Assembly: GCA_003971905.1 (NCBI GenBank)
Contig: RSEE01000025.1
Coordinates: 372,001 to 436,000 of the forward strand
Direction: 5' to 3'
DNA from: Moniliella sp. 'wahieum'
Taxonomy: Eukaryota
DNA length: 64,000 nucleotides
Notes under the pieces: generated by a model
Databases searched by the model: none
Told to the model about the DNA's origin: nothing
What the model saw: the letters and a program-made list of their open reading frames with translations, nothing else
Position numbers and translations under genes: made by a program
In this document: in pieces, positions 39,700 to 53,435 of the stretch
How the letters are laid out: the number at the start of each line of letters is the position of its first letter
How positions within the stretch are numbered: position 1 is the stretch's first letter

Positions 39700-42600
39700 C
39701 TAGCATAAATTGGACCTAACCGCTGCAGCCCTCCCTCGCCCCCCCCCGCCTTCCTTCAACGCAACGGGGTACTTGGCGGGGACAAATCCGGTGGGGAGGC
39801 GAGAGGGCACGAGATGAGGGCGCATAGGAGCTGGCGGCTCGACTGCCGCTGGCGCGAGAGCGACGACTGGATTTTCGGCGCAAATCATGTTCCGCGCGCG
39901 CGGTCAGCCGACGCACGGCAGACCAGCGTCGAACCGTGGCTTCGTCTTCCTGCCCCTCTTGGGCCGACGGGAACAGCCATCTTCCTCCTTGGCCCGCACG
40001 TCCCGCTCCACCACATCCTCCACTTCCTCCCGCTCTACGGCATCCGGCGCGACCCCGACGGCCGCGGCCGCGGCCCGCTCAGGCTCGAACGCGGACTGGG
40101 ACTGGTGCTGCTCGTGCTGGTGCTGGGCGGTAGGAATTGGCGACTGAGGACGCTCCACGTTGCTGCCCACCTTCTTGGGCGACCCGGTCCGACGCACCTC
40201 CTTGTTCGGCGACGGACTGCGCGGCAGCGACGGGCTCACCCGGACTCGGCCGCACTGCCTTCTTGGGCGAGGCGTGCGCGACGGGCTCTTGGCCAGCGGC
40301 GAGGAGCGCACCGGTTTGGGGGGCGAGGCGGAGCCCGCTTTGTCGGCGACCGCGGCTGGGCGGGCAACGGGCTGCGAACGGACTGAAGGGAGATGGGGGG
40401 ACCAAGGGGTGGAGCGTCCGCGGCGGTGGGCCGAGGGGACGCGGCCGAGTCCACCGGAGCCACGGCCTCGTCCAGCTGAGGCTCCTTGCCCTGCGCGGCT
40501 GCCGTCGTGGGGATACCGGGCTCCGCTTCGGTCGCCTGGGACGGCTCCTTGGCCTTCCGTGGCGTCGGTTGCTCCCTGGGCTCTGCCGAGGGCGCCCCCG
40601 AGGCCGGCTGCTTCGCCGCTGCGTCCGCCGGCTGGACGCAGCGGCTTCCCGTTTCCCGAATCGGGTTCCTTCTCCTTCTCCGCCCGAGTCTCGGCCTCAG
40701 TCTCGGTCTCGGTCTCGGTCTGAGGCGCCGAAGAGGTGGTTGTCTGGGGGCAGTACCCGTGGCGTCTCCGCGTCGCTCTCCTGGTCTTCCTGCGAGCGGA
40801 GAGATGCCCAGCCGTCGGCTACGCGAGTGGTAGATTCGGACCAGAAGCCGAGCACACGTTCCGCCAAGGGCGTTTGAGCCCACGCATCTCCAATCGAGTC
40901 GAGCGCAGCCTGACCTCGCTGGCGCAGCGACGGTTGCCGTTTGACCCCACTCGAGGGAGGACGAAGCGCATTCGCGTCAGTTTGCAAGCTGGGGATTCGA
41001 GGTTTGGAAGAAACCATCTCGTCCTTGGGCAGCGACGCAGGTTCCGCCGACGGACTCTGTGCGAGCGGGGAGAGAGTAGTAGTTGTGCTCCAGCAGGGGG
41101 CACGAAGTTGCTTCCCCCGGCTGGGCCAAGGGCGGGGGCGTAGCAGGCCGCGTACGACGAGGGTGACTGAGAGCCTGTTGAGCCTTACGGCGATCGGCCT
41201 CGGAGCTGCCAAAGCCCAGGAAATCCTTGTCTCCTTCGCCTCCTTAACGACCGGCGCCAAGGTGCGGTCGTACCGCACTATCAAGTCCAACGCCAACAGC
41301 GACGGGTGGCGTGCGGTACGTGTGCCATTTCGTTCTTGCGGAGGACGAAGCAAGGCGCGGCCGAGACTGATGCCGATCTTTTGCGCATACAGCGGGTCGG
41401 CGCCCTTGTCGGCCTGGTAGCGTAGCCAGAGGCGAAATGATCGCATCGAGACAGGCGATATGCACCTTGGGCAGTTTGAGCAGCACCGAGCGCAAATCCG
41501 ATTCGGTCGCTGCTTCGATCTCCTTTGCATCGGCATCACTCAGCGCAGCCGGCTCCTCCTGGTCAGGGAGCCTTGCGTTTCAGGTCCGCTTGGTCCGAAG
41601 CGGCCGGTAGACGGACCACACCGTGTCCCACAGTGTCTGAGGCACAAGGGACACCGCCAGCTCTTCTGCCCATGTGCGAACACAAGCAGCCAAGACGGGC
41701 GGGTCGGCAACGTCCAACACGCGAGCAAAGATGACCGAATCCGGTTGCGCACGACTCAGCGCAGCAATCAGACCAAACCGGACCCGATGCACAGCCGAGC
41801 GGCACATCGTAGATCCACGCCCGACGACGTTCGGCCTGACGTGCCTTCTCTGCTTCATCCGAGTCCGCCTCACCCTCCGTCACGGGCCAGCGCGTGGTCG
41901 CATACGCCCGCGTAAGCGCAGTGAGCAGCATCCGGAGCGCCCTTGGCGGCTGGGGCAGACCCGAGCTCGCCGTAGCCAGCTCGTCCAAGTCCCTCCCCTG
42001 ATTCGGAAGGGAGCGCGCCCAAGGCCGACGCGCGGGTCCAACGGACCAGGTCCATACCAAATCCCATTCCCATAGCCCGCCAGGGTAGTAGGGTCATGCG
42101 GGTAGAAAGGCGCAAAGACCGGGGGGTGAGGGAGATAGGGAGCCGAGCCATACGCCCGGACCAGGGCCAGAACATCCGCTGTGGAAGAGTACGAGGCAGG
42201 CAAGTTGGCCAGTTCAACGCAGCAGGCGTACCCGACGGCAAAAGGGCGGCGAGGGCAAATGCGTACTTGCCCAAAGCTGCCTTGAGCGCCCGCCCGCGCT
42301 GGGTTTCCCAGCCTTGCATCTTGCCGAGTGTCAAAGCCCATCACGGTCCCACTCGGCCCTGGCCAAATCCACATGGGCCACTTCGCTGCGATACTTGTTC
42401 TCCAGCTGGATGGCTTCCCGGCGCAGTCGCACCGCTCTGGGTTCGGCAAGACCGACCGCCTGCCGAAGGTTGGACAGCATAGGGTTTGCTTGGGCCGATG
42501 CCTCCAAACGGTGCACCAAGGAAGAAAGGGTGCCCTGGCGCTGGGGTTTGGCAGGCTTGGGTTCCACGGGTGCCTCTGTGCCCGAAGGCTCGTCAGGGAG

Positions 42601-43314
42601 GAGGGAGGCTTGCCCTCGGGGGAGGCGGAGTTGGGCAAGTCGGCTTCAGGAGGGACCGGTTCGGAGGGAGACCGAGCCTCATCGTCTTCGGCTTCGTCGG
42701 CAGCGCGGCACTTGGCATAGTAGTTCTGCCGCACGCGCTCCAAGGCATCAGCGCTGTCACAGAGCTGGTCCAGCTGCGTCTCGAGTTTCTCCCAGGTCTG
42801 CTTGATGCGCGTCGCATGTTCCTCGGTCCACTTGGCCAGCGGAGTGATGACGGACTGATCTAGTGCGCTAGCGGCCGCGCGTGTTGGACGGAGAGCGGCA
42901 CGGTGGCGGCCGTCTGGCCGAAGCGATGGAAGGCGGAAGCGGCGTGGCGGCGGGGCACGCGCTCTGCTGCGAGCGCGGCAGGGCCAGGCACCAAACGCTC
43001 AGCCGCCGCAGCGCCCGGGAAGACAGGGGAGGCAAACACGGTGGGTGCGGCGGGGGCCGAGAGGGCGTGGGCATAGGCATGCTCAGCCTCGGCGCGCTGC
43101 TGGACGTGCTGGACAAAGCGGGTGTTGAGATCGAGCCCGGCCTGGAGGGCGGCAAAGGCGCGTTCGACGGGAGGCGGTACGGCGTGGCGGACCAGGGCGG
43201 CAGGGGGGCTTCGGGGCTGGGGTCGGGGTTGGCCTGGGCGCCGACGCTGGCGGGCCAGAAGCTGGTGCCGAAGGTGGGCGGGAGCGTGATGGTGAGCTCC
43301 GAGGGCAGACTCAT
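39700..43314 (-). CDS. F-BAR (FCH) plus RhoGAP-like protein (Rgd2/Rga8-like), frameshifted
   Basis: N-terminus LPPTFGTSFW; QQRAEAEHAYAHALS; ERVRQNYYAKCRAADEAED; LENKYRSEVAHVD; GAP-like RRRAWIYDVPL, LAACVRTWAEEL, LLKLPKVHIACLDAI, KIGISLGRALLRP; low-complexity tail. The 3' end is uncertain. Confidence 0.75.
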
Positions 43315-44250
43315 GCGCGCAGGCCAGCGGAGGTGGTGAGGTGGTGGGGGCAGGCAGGAGAGCGAGCGAGGGAGCGACTCGGCTGATGCTCCGACCGCTC
43401 GCGGGGGCATCCAGGGGGGGGGCGGCAGAGAGCGCACTGGGCGCACCCGCCGGCGGCCACGTGGTGGCTGCCCCCTGCCGCATGTGGCGCCAGGGGGAGC
43501 ACACTGCCCCTGCGCTGCGCCCAGCGAACGCTGACGGTGAGCGTAGACGGTGAGCGCCTGAACGTTTGAAGGGTTGACGGACATCCGGGGGGAGAGGCTA
43601 TCCGCAGCGCGCTGCCCCAGTGCCGCCCTGTGCTGCCGTGCCGCGCCGCGCACGTCCCACCCTACCCGGGGTCACGTGCCCACCTTGTCGCCATCAATCA
43701 GGACGGTCTGATTCTCAGGTACTCGGTCCAGTGAAATGAATCCCCTGCCACTAGCACGCCCCCGTCGCCAGCGCACCGCACGACAGCACATACAGCCTGG
43801 CACAGCTTACAGCAAGGGTGGTGGGAGGGTCGATCATTAAAAAAAAGACGCAGACAGCGAAGGTGGGACGGGTATCGCGGCTCGCCTTTCGTGGCGGCCC
43901 AGGCCTGGCCCGTGCCCAGGCCACCAGGCGGGCAGGGCAGGGCAGGCCAACGAATGGCAGAATAGGGAGACAAAACCAACATCACCAATAGGATAACAGC
44001 CAGCGCCAGCTCCAGCTCCTCCAGCTCCACGCCAACGCAACAAAGCTGAACAGCGATCCAGCCATGTGGCTCCATCCGCCATCTGGCTCATCACAAGTCT
44101 CGCTGCTAGGACAGAGAAGCAGATCGCATAGGGTCGCGGCCAAACGTCCCCCACCCTCTCATCTCGTACCGCAACCCCCAGCCAGAAAGAAAAATCCAAG
44201 GGCCGCACAAACCAAACAAGGTAGCAGCCCATCAGGGAGGCAGGGCCGGA

Positions 44251-45621
44251 TCATCGCAAGGCGCGTTCCCGCAGTTTGATCGCTCGCACCTCGGAGCGCA
44301 GCTCGCGGATCCGAGCATCGTACCGTACTTTTGCCTCGACTGCAGCAGCCCCTGCGCTGGGTGAGTAGCCAAATTCGGCTCCCTTGAAGAGGAGGGAGGA
44401 GGGGAGGGTACAAAATGGGTACCCAGTGCATCCCTCGCCGCGCTCAACGCGGCAATATGTTTTTCCAAGGCGAGACGCTGCGCACGCGCAGCGCTGCGTG
44501 GACTCGCCGGCCGATCTGGCGTGGGAAGCCCATTGGCAGAGGGGTAAAGTCCATGGTATAGGCCGACCCCAGTCGGCACCTGGGGCAGGCGGGGCAGAGG
44601 GTAGAGGAAAAAATGCTCGAACGAGCACTGGAGAGCGAAGCGCGGGACGTAGTGTGCATACTACTGCTTCCGCGGGGCGGTGGGGACCCCCATCCCTGCG
44701 TATGAGAGCGGGCTGGGCACCGCTTCGGCTGGGCGAACGAAACGGGTGCAAGAGCGAAGGCGAGCGAGCGCCGTCTTCGCTCCCCCTCGCTCTCCCTGGG
44801 TCGGGAGGAGGACGCACTTGGGTGCTAGCCACATCCCATGGAGAACTATCTGAGACGGAAGGAAGCTCTTCCCTCGGGGCGGGACCAGGTGCTGCCAGAC
44901 CAACGTTTGGACGTGTTCTGGGTCAAGAGCCGGCGCCAAGAACTGTGGCGCTTGGCCGGTTCCGAAGGGGGCGCAGTCTGGATGGAAGGCAGCCCGGAAG
45001 GCGTGGGGGGAGGAGACAAAGGAGCCGCGGTGGCCTGAGCGGTCGTCGAGCCTGGCGGCATGCACAGCGGAGCGGGAGAGGGAGGTGGGGCGGGGCCAGG
45101 GCAGAGGGTGGTGGCGGCATGTAGAGCATGGGGGTGGGGGCAGAAGGGGGTGGGGCGGTGCTGGGGCGGTGGCACGGGCAAAGGCACTGGCGCGTAAGGT
45201 GCGATAGGCATCGGCGGATAACACCCCGGCGCGCAGAGAGGCGAGTTGGTCGAGTGCTTGGGCCAGGGGGACATCCAAGGGGGGCAAATTGGTTGGATCG
45301 GACGGATGGGAGACGGCGCTAGGCGGTGGGGGGAAGGACGCGGGGGGTTGGGGAGGAGGGGTTGGCTGAGGGGGGCCCGAGGCTGAGAGACACGCGGTGG
45401 TCGCAGCGCGTCGTTTCGGCTGGGAGGAGGCAGGAGGAGCGGTGGTGGTGGAGCTGGTGTTGGAGCTGGGTTTGGAGCTGGCGCGCGAGGGAGTCTGTGG
45501 ATGCGCGGAAGGAGACGTGGCCGATCGCGGCGTGGGAGGAGGGAGAAGCGCATGGCGGGGAGCACCGAAGAAGAGAGGGGGGGCGGGCTAGCAGGGGGGG
45601 GGGGCGGGGGGGCTGCGGCAT
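44251..45621 (-). CDS. Hypothetical protein with a Pro-rich N-terminus and C-terminal coiled coil, frameshifted
   Basis: Protein-like segments LAQALDQLASLRAGVLSADAYRTLR, LALEKHIAALSAARDAL, VEAKVRYDARIRELRSEVRAIKLRERALR*. Confidence 0.5.
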
Positions 45622-47107
45622 GCGGGTGGGGGGTGGGGCTGGAGGGGGGGGGCGTGTGGGCTGGCTGGCATCCAGCAGGCGCGCCTGGACGATCGCCTGG
45701 CCTGGGCTGGGTGAGGTGCGGGTGCTAGCTGGGGGGGCAGAGCCAGCGGTGCCTTCCACTGGCGCGCTGGGGCGGCAGCGGGCCGGTCTGTGGCGCCCCG
45801 CCCGCCCAAGAGGCCCCGAGCGCAGGAGCGCATAAGTAAATCCCGTGCTGATACTGACTGCAATCCGCGCAGCACTCGCGCTGAGCTCAGCCTGCGCTGC
45901 GCTGCGATGTGCTCCAGCATGTGACATGTGACATGCGTCCTGCGATGCATGATCAGCATGCGCAGGCTGAGCTAATACGCACCCACAGGCATTGTCTGCT
46001 GCATGTCGGCCGCACATACACAGCCCCTTGCAACTTTCACCTTTCACTTCCCCTTCGCCCAAGGGCCACTGGACGTACCACGTGCAGCCCAAACTGATTA
46101 CCTCCTCGAGCACATGGATCAGCCGCGACGAGACGAGGGAGACCACGGTGATTGCAGGCCACGGCAAGACCGGGAAGCAAGAGGCATCGGCCATCAGGAG
46201 AAAAGCAAACGGGAAAGGGAAGAGCGAGATCCACGGAATGCACCACCGGAAATTGGAGCGGGTTTGGTCATTCGGTGACATCTCCCGCCAGTACATCAGT
46301 AGTCACTGGCCGCGTACCCCAGACACGGGCGTCGCTAGGTGGACGCTGGACGTGGAAAAAGACACGAGTCATACTTCGGCTGATAAAAAGTTGCTTCCCG
46401 ATCATTGGGTATGTCTTCTGCAATGCACGTTCCACCCATCTACCTTCCGCCTGTCCGTCTTTCCCAGATGGGGAAACGGGATCGGACCTGGGCTCAGAGG
46501 TACCAACCGTCTATTTGATAGATCCAGACGCATGTATGGATCCCCGTGAGCCCTGAAGGGCCAGCAAACGTACTAAAGTGCAGTATGTCGTACAGTCAAA
46601 TACAGCAGACCATAAACGTGCACAAACGATCCACCCCAAATGGTGTGTGGCGACGCATCAGACGATGAGGGACAACAGCATTCCGCATTTCATGCAAGCA
46701 TCGCAGCCTAGCACAGCATTCTAGTCTATGAACATATTAATGGCAGTAGGACACGAACGGCGAGGATCGCACCACAGGCAGGGGGGGGGGCACCAACAAC
46801 TGCAGAAAAGAAACCAAAAGGACAGCCAAGCAAAAGGGATGGAGGTCTGATAGAGAACAGGTGTGGGCAGTGAGAACTATCGCTACACCAAAGGCAATGC
46901 AATGCCTAGCATGGGGGGAGGGGGAATGCACTGATAGAGCGACAACAGAAGCGAGAGGCAGGGCCCAGTGCATATCAGGGCCCAGCCGGGCGAGGAGGGA
47001 AGGGGGGTCCGGGCGGGCGGAACGAGGTTCGGATTCGAGCACCAAGGGAGACACGCAAGGGGTCGTGAGGGTGCTCGCGCTTGGATTGAAGATGGGGACT
47101 TGTGGAC

Positions 47108-48958
47108 TCAGCAGGGGCGACCCACCCATTTCAGCCGAAAGGTACGGCGGTGCAGTTGACGTCGAAGGGAGGGGGAGGAAGAGGTCGTTCCAAATGCACG
47201 CGGAGGATCGTCAAGACCCGAGGGGGGGGGCAGAGGAACCGCAGCCGCGGGCTCCCGCTCCCTTGCAACAGGAGAGTCGGCAAACGCAAACGTAACCGGC
47301 GACGCAAGAGGTAGAGCATTGCCACTTGTCCTACGCTCCGACGATGCGTGTTCGGGTGAAAGAAGCTCTTCTGAAATGCCCGAATAATGGGGGTGGTTTC
47401 GTAGGGGAGACAGGGTCCGACATTGCGACCGCATAGACAGTGGCCTTGTTGAGGTACGAAATGGTAAAGGGGAACGAACAGAGTGCGAGTCGGCATTGAA
47501 GGAAGGCACATCGCTCATCGTGGGTTTGGCAGGAGAGATAGAAGTCACATCAGCCTGCGAGGGCACAACCGCTAATTGGGCGGACAGTGGTGGGGGGGCA
47601 GCCGGAGACCAAGGCATTGGCGAGAAGTAGATGCTAGCGGGGGACGTGCTGGTGGGAGAGGAAGTAGGGGTGCCTTGGAAGGCCTGGCTGAGCCCCGGCC
47701 CAAATCCAGGAGTAGGAGGTGGGACAGCGTCGGACCTGGAGCTGATGGTGGGAGCGCTGGCACCGGAGAAACCGAGGTTAAAGCGGCGAGATGGCGCTCC
47801 CACTCGACCAGCTGGTACAGAAGGGCGCAATTGGGCGAAATAGCTGGTGAAGCATCTTTGACACGCGTATATGCGTCGTGCATCCCACGTAGCGAGGCCA
47901 GCAGGGCCGGATGATGACCCAGTGCGGCCGATTGCATTACATAGGCAATCACCGCTGTTGCCGAGCGCGAAATACCACATTGACAGTGAACCAGTACAGC
48001 CGGCTTGCGTGGTGGCTCCGTAGGCAAGACGGGTGCCATGTCCAACTCATCGCTGGCCGGACCGGTGAGGACGCCTTGACTATCGACAGACAAGCCCAGG
48101 CCATCAGCAATCACACCACATGCGGCCGAAAACCCGCCTTGGGGTGCAGCCAGGTCCGGTTGATCGTGGGTCCATGGGAGAAGAACACATCGAATGCTCC
48201 ATGGCCGTGACGAAGCTGGATCAGGAGGGAGAGTAGCTGTGCGCGTACCAGCAGGAAAACGTTCCGCCTGTCGCCGAAGGCGCAAGGGACGCGCGTAGAT
48301 TGGGTGTGGACGAGGCGAGACGGAGAGGGGTGTGTGGGCTGCGCGGGGTTATGGGAGAATGCGGGGAAGGCACACAAGCTCCTGAAGCTGGATTAAGACC
48401 TGATGTGCCTGGAAGATTTGTTGCGTCTGTGGGAGAGCGGGCTGGCGCCAAGACGGGTGGGAACTTACACTCGCATGCGACTGTGAGGATGGTGGTGATG
48501 CCGCAGCGCGCGAGGACAGCCGGGTCATGTGCCGTTTGCTCGCCAGAAAGAAATAGACGGGGGAGGATTTGTACGGGCCCGGAAGCATACGCGCTAGTGG
48601 AAAGAGCCAGAGCGGCGTCCTCCCCTGCTTCGATGGAGAAGGCGGGTGTGGCAAGGCGACCAAAGGAGGAAGGGGAGACGCCAGCTGTGGCCAGGGGCGC
48701 CGCAATTGGTGCATGACTGCTAATTCCGGGCGCTAGCACGAGACGTGGCGGAGCGCGGCGGCGACGGCGGAGGCCAAGCAGAGTGTTGGATGCGTGTTCG
48801 CCGGGGCCGCGGTGCGGCGATGGAGAGCTGGGGGCGGGTGGGAGTGTGGACGTGGGCGTGGCGGTGGGAGTGGGAGTGCCGAGGGTGCCAGTTCGGGTGC
48901 CTAGTGGCAGCGAGGGACGGTGTGCGGCACGCGGGGGAGGCGGCGATGGGGCGAGCAT
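47108..48958 (-). CDS. Dual-specificity protein phosphatase (MAPK-phosphatase-like), frameshifted
   Basis: PVQILPRLFLSG, GITTILTVA, LPWTHDQ, catalytic VLVHCQCGISRSATAVIAYVM, AYTRVK..SPAISPN..LLYQLVEWE. The 3' end is uncertain. Confidence 0.9.
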
Positions 48959-51209
48959 GGGCGCCAGAGCAGGGAACGAGCAGGAGAAGGTGGTGGTGGT
49001 GATGGTGGTGATGGTGATAGCCGTGGCAAAGCCACTCGGCCCGGGGTGGTGTGTCTGGGTTGTGGGTGGTGGAGTTGGTATTTGACTACCTGGGTACGTA
49101 TGGGGACTGGCCTGTACGTAATGCGTAAGCTGCACTTGGGCCGGGGGGTACGCGGTGGGGTGGCAGATCGGAGCCAGTAATTCGGAAACGTGCAATGTAT
49201 TGTCAATAGCACCAGTAACTAGTAACTACCAGCTGGGAACCAGGAACCCTCTCGGATCTAACCACCGAAAACTGGGCGATAATCGATAGCCGGTGGCCGT
49301 ACTAGCCCCATAATGGTGCCGGGCAGGCCAGGCCCCTCGTGTCCGTCTCGTGCGCTCGAGCATCCCGAGGGCCCCCCTGCACTCCAACGCCGGACTGGAC
49401 CGGATCTGCCACATGCCCACCGCGGCCAGCTGGTTGCGTCTCTCGTCTTCAGACCGCGTGAGGCGTGCACGCGTGAACAGCGAACGTTCAGGCTGAACGT
49501 GCTGAACGGCTCAAGCCGAACGTTGAACGTTGAACCTCAGTTATATGGCGCAAGCTTCGGCGCCACAGCAGCTTCCATAACGCGTAGCTAGCGCCGCCCC
49601 ACAGGCCTCGGCACCATCACGCGTCACGCGTCGTCATGCATTGCGATCAATGTGGGCCAGAGCATTGAATTCACTATTCAGGTCGTATATTTACTCTGAG
49701 TAACTGATGAGACTATGCTCCACCCCGTTTTTTCATTTCCGAGGTACCTGTGGCACCCCGAGCAACCTCCGCGGATCTATTCCACAAGGCAGAGCGCAGA
49801 GTCACTGATCATCGATCACCTCCCATCTCTTGCTATAGCCGACTTCTCCCAACATCTCTCTGGTCCATGTTGAGTGGACGAACTCTCAAAAAACCCACAC
49901 ACAGCGCACTCTCCACGAACACAAAAGCTCAGCTGCAACTACTGGCATATTACGTCGACCGGTTCCGGCGACCATATATCGGCAACTGGCACACCAAGCA
50001 GTGTAGCCAGCAAAACATGCCCCACGGGCCATGTCACAGCTCCGCAATCTCCAGACTGGGGCAGCAGGCCGCCAGCTTGGGTGTACACCACAGAGAGAAG
50101 GGACCTCTTCGAGCCCCACCACCAACCCACTGCGTATAGCATCACTATTACGCAGAGCCTATACCGCCACACCTTGCTCCACACGCAACTGTCACACTAA
50201 AATTTCTTGTCTTGTGGGGGCAGTATTTAATCCCTTCTTTCATCCTCTTTCCGTCCATTTTTCCATTTTGCCAGCTCTGCAGCCCGCACTTCGGCCGTTT
50301 ATCTAACTCACCGGCGTGTGCATTTTCAGCGAGATTGTGGCATGTGACCCAGCTATCCAAAACCCAGAGTGGATGAGCCACAGTCCCACCCTATCAACTC
50401 CTCATAGGGTATAGTATATAGTGTCTAATCTGCAAACGCACGCGGTCTGTTGTGACCAATATATATAGGCATTAATCTGTTTTGGTACTGAGAATGCAAC
50501 GAGCGTTATGCTGGGGGCGTATGGACAGCAGCCCCCATCCGTCGTGCGACACCCCCGTGGTTGTTGGCAACAATGATGCATGATGAGGTCACGTCTCGTG
50601 TCTTACGCATGGCCCTATATACCCCCTCTTATCATATGGAGAAAAAGGTTATATTTAGCAGGCTTATTCCCCACGAAAGGATGTTGTGGATTACCTGCGC
50701 TTTATCATACTTACTACCTCACTAAATATTCAGTCCGTCTCAATGGGAGCCCATTCATTGTTGGCACTGGTGTTGTTATGCCTTTAGCCGTGGGTACAAA
50801 AACAGGCCCTAATATTGTAGTCATGTGGTACGGAAAAGTAGAGAAAGAGAACCAAGTATATCGGTGAGGAGAGAAGTGCAAAAAAGCCCATATATCGTGA
50901 CCAAAATGTGCCTAGTACATTTTGTATGTACAGAACAGAGAGGGTATAAAAAACGTATGAATGATGACATGAGCGCGATAAAGATGGGGGAAGGTAGCCC
51001 AGACGATAGACCTCGCCAGGATGAGCATTCTCTTCCTCTTGATTTCTGATGACCGATGTGAAAGAATTGTGGATGGACAACGTCAGGAGGAAGATCGAAA
51101 AAAGGAGTGTGTAGACATTTCCCCACCCTTCACCACGTTGATTTCTTGTTGGATGAGAAAAGCCCAGAGACTTGCAGCAAAAGAGGTTGGTCGTGTGAGG
51201 TGTCCCTCA

Positions 51210-52264
51210 TCACGCCAAGACAGCAACTGCCACACCCACTATGCAGGCCGTTACCGCCGATATGTAGAGCGACCCAGCCGAGCTCGCCTTGGATGAAATG
51301 GTAGCGGCGTCGGAGGGAGCAGCGCTTGTAGTGTCAGTCCCTGCTGCCGGCGGAGGGGTAGGGGATGATGGGGATGATGGGGACAGGGTCTCCTGCGAAG
51401 ATGCAGAAGGGCCTGAGAAAGAGGATTGGATGGAAGAGGGGTCTGAAGTAGAGGGGGACGATGCCGACGACGGTTTAGAGGGTGAAACCGGGGCAGGTAG
51501 TGCGGCAGTGGAAGAGTGGTGGAGGTGCGGGTGATGATGATGTGGTGGGGTCCACGTGGAAGAAGGATGGTAATGGTGATGGAATTGGGGGTGCGAATGG
51601 AATGGGACGAAGGCCAGGAGAAGTATGATGATGGTGATGGCTGTGATGGTGGTGAGAAGTAGACTGTTGGGTGTTGTGGCTGGAAGAAGAGGAGCTGGGG
51701 CTCGCAGTAGAAGAATTGTGGGTTGGGGGAGAAACTTGGCTTGAGGATGAAGATCCCCCGCACGTGTTAGGCAGGACGGCCGGAGTAGCACCCGACTGTG
51801 CCACTGCACCCGTGGAGTCGGTCAGCTGAAACTCAAGTTGAATGTTGGGCTGGCTGGGAGTGAAGGTATAGCTGGTGCCCTGCAAGTTGGGAACCATTTG
51901 GAGCACGTTATTGCTGGCGGCGCCGTTCGCGTAGGTGTGGACGCTGAGCGTGTACGGTCCCTGCCCGCCTGTCCAGGTGAGCATGACAGGAACGCACTGA
52001 TGATGGACGCAGACATCATGAAACAGGAACAGAGGGGGGTCAGCGAGTCGATCTCTGGAGAGTGTAGTTTGATCCTGGTGTGACCCTGCCAGCGCAAGCA
52101 TGAAAGAATGCATGCACACCCTCGAAGACGAGAGCGACTACTAATATGGCGCAAAACAACGAACGTACCTGGAGCAGAGCAGTGGTGGGGGTATTGATGG
52201 TGAACGACTGCGCCACGGTGGCGCCGGTGACGGCGAGCATGGCAAGGATGGCACGACGCATCAT
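51210..52264 (-). CDS. Secreted Ser-rich, probably GPI-anchored cell-surface protein
   Basis: Signal peptide MMRRAILAMLAVTGATVAQ; FTINTP..LLQ, intron ~52168-51998, then CVPVMLTWTGGQGPYTLSV..FQLTDSTG; Ser/His-rich stalk; hydrophobic C-terminal tail after SSAG. Confidence 0.8.
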
Positions 52265-52763
52265 GGCGTCTGTTGGCGAGGGAAGAGAGGGGCAGTCTGG
52301 ACGGGGAAAGCGAAGGTGGTGGTGGTGGCGGGTAAAGCGAGGTGCGTATATACGGAGAGCCAACATGCAGGCCAATAAACAAGCCCACCGGAGAGCACAG
52401 CGGCTGTGTGCGGCGGTGGGCAACCGGAGGGGGCGGCTCGACAGAGGCGGGCACGGGTGGTGCAGGCAGGGGGGCGCTGTTAACGCCAGCGGCAGAAGAC
52501 GGCAGCGCGGCCGGCAGACGATCCACGTTCTGTTGGTTTCAAAATGTGGATCCCAGTGCCAGCAAGCATCACTAGCACATCACCTCATCGCCCAGCTGAG
52601 CTCAGCGGTTGATCGTGATCACCGATCATCTCTTGCCGCTTACCGGCTACCCCACAAGCTTGCGTTTGCGTGCTCGTTCGATTGGCCAACCGCTTCCCAC
52701 CCTCGGCACTATCCAAGCTGTGTTTCTTTCCTCCACGTCCAGCACATCCGCCTTGTTTGTGCC

Positions 52764-53435
52764 ATGGCAAGCGCTGCCCCTGAGCAAGCAGCAGCAGAAC
52801 CCAGACGCTGGTGGCGCTTCCTTTCGCCGCCACAGCTAGCACTCGAATTGGAGAACAAGGGCTCGGTGGCCCGCGACCACTTGGCGCTGGAGCGTACCTT
52901 TCTCGCCTGGCTCCGCAGTTCGGTCGCACTTGTCTCGGCGGGAATTGCCATCACACAGCTGTTCAAGATCCCCGATCTTTCCTCCTTTGACTCCACATGG
53001 GGATCGGATCCTGAAGCGGAAGCTGCCTTCGCCTCCTCCCTCGCCCTTTTCGCCCAGAGCCTTACCGATCCGCTGGAACAGCAGCGTGCGCTCCAACACC
53101 TGTTATCTGTCCCTCCTCCTGCCCCGTCTGGGTCCTGGCCACTGGAAAGGATGTACGTCTCATTTCTTCCTGTTCTATCTTTGGGCCCGAGGAAGGAAGT
53201 CTGACCCACCCTGTGGTGCAACGTTCAGCGGCAAGCCGCTCGGCGCTTCGTTTATCGGGCTGGGCATCGTGGTCATGCTGCTGGGTACTGCCCGCTTCTT
53301 CCGGGTCCAGGCACAACTTACTCGGGGTAGATTCTCCCCAGCCGTGTAGAGGTATCCATCAGTGCGTTGATCACGTTTACTCTGCTGGTCTCGACGTTGG
53401 GGGTACTGTTGGGCCTGCGGCTGTCCTTCTCTTAA
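52764..53435 (+). CDS. DUF202 (YidH-like) membrane protein
   Basis: ENKGSVARDHLALERTFLAWLRSSVALVSAGIAITQLF; GKPLGASFIGLGIVVMLLGTARFFRVQ..L.RGRF. Intron starts ~53153. Confidence 0.9.

Noticed and set aside
45575..45660. G-run cluster with G-quadruplex potential
   Set aside because: Explained by Pro codons and the C-rich leader of the minus-strand gene. Homopolymer lengths are unreliable in this assembly.
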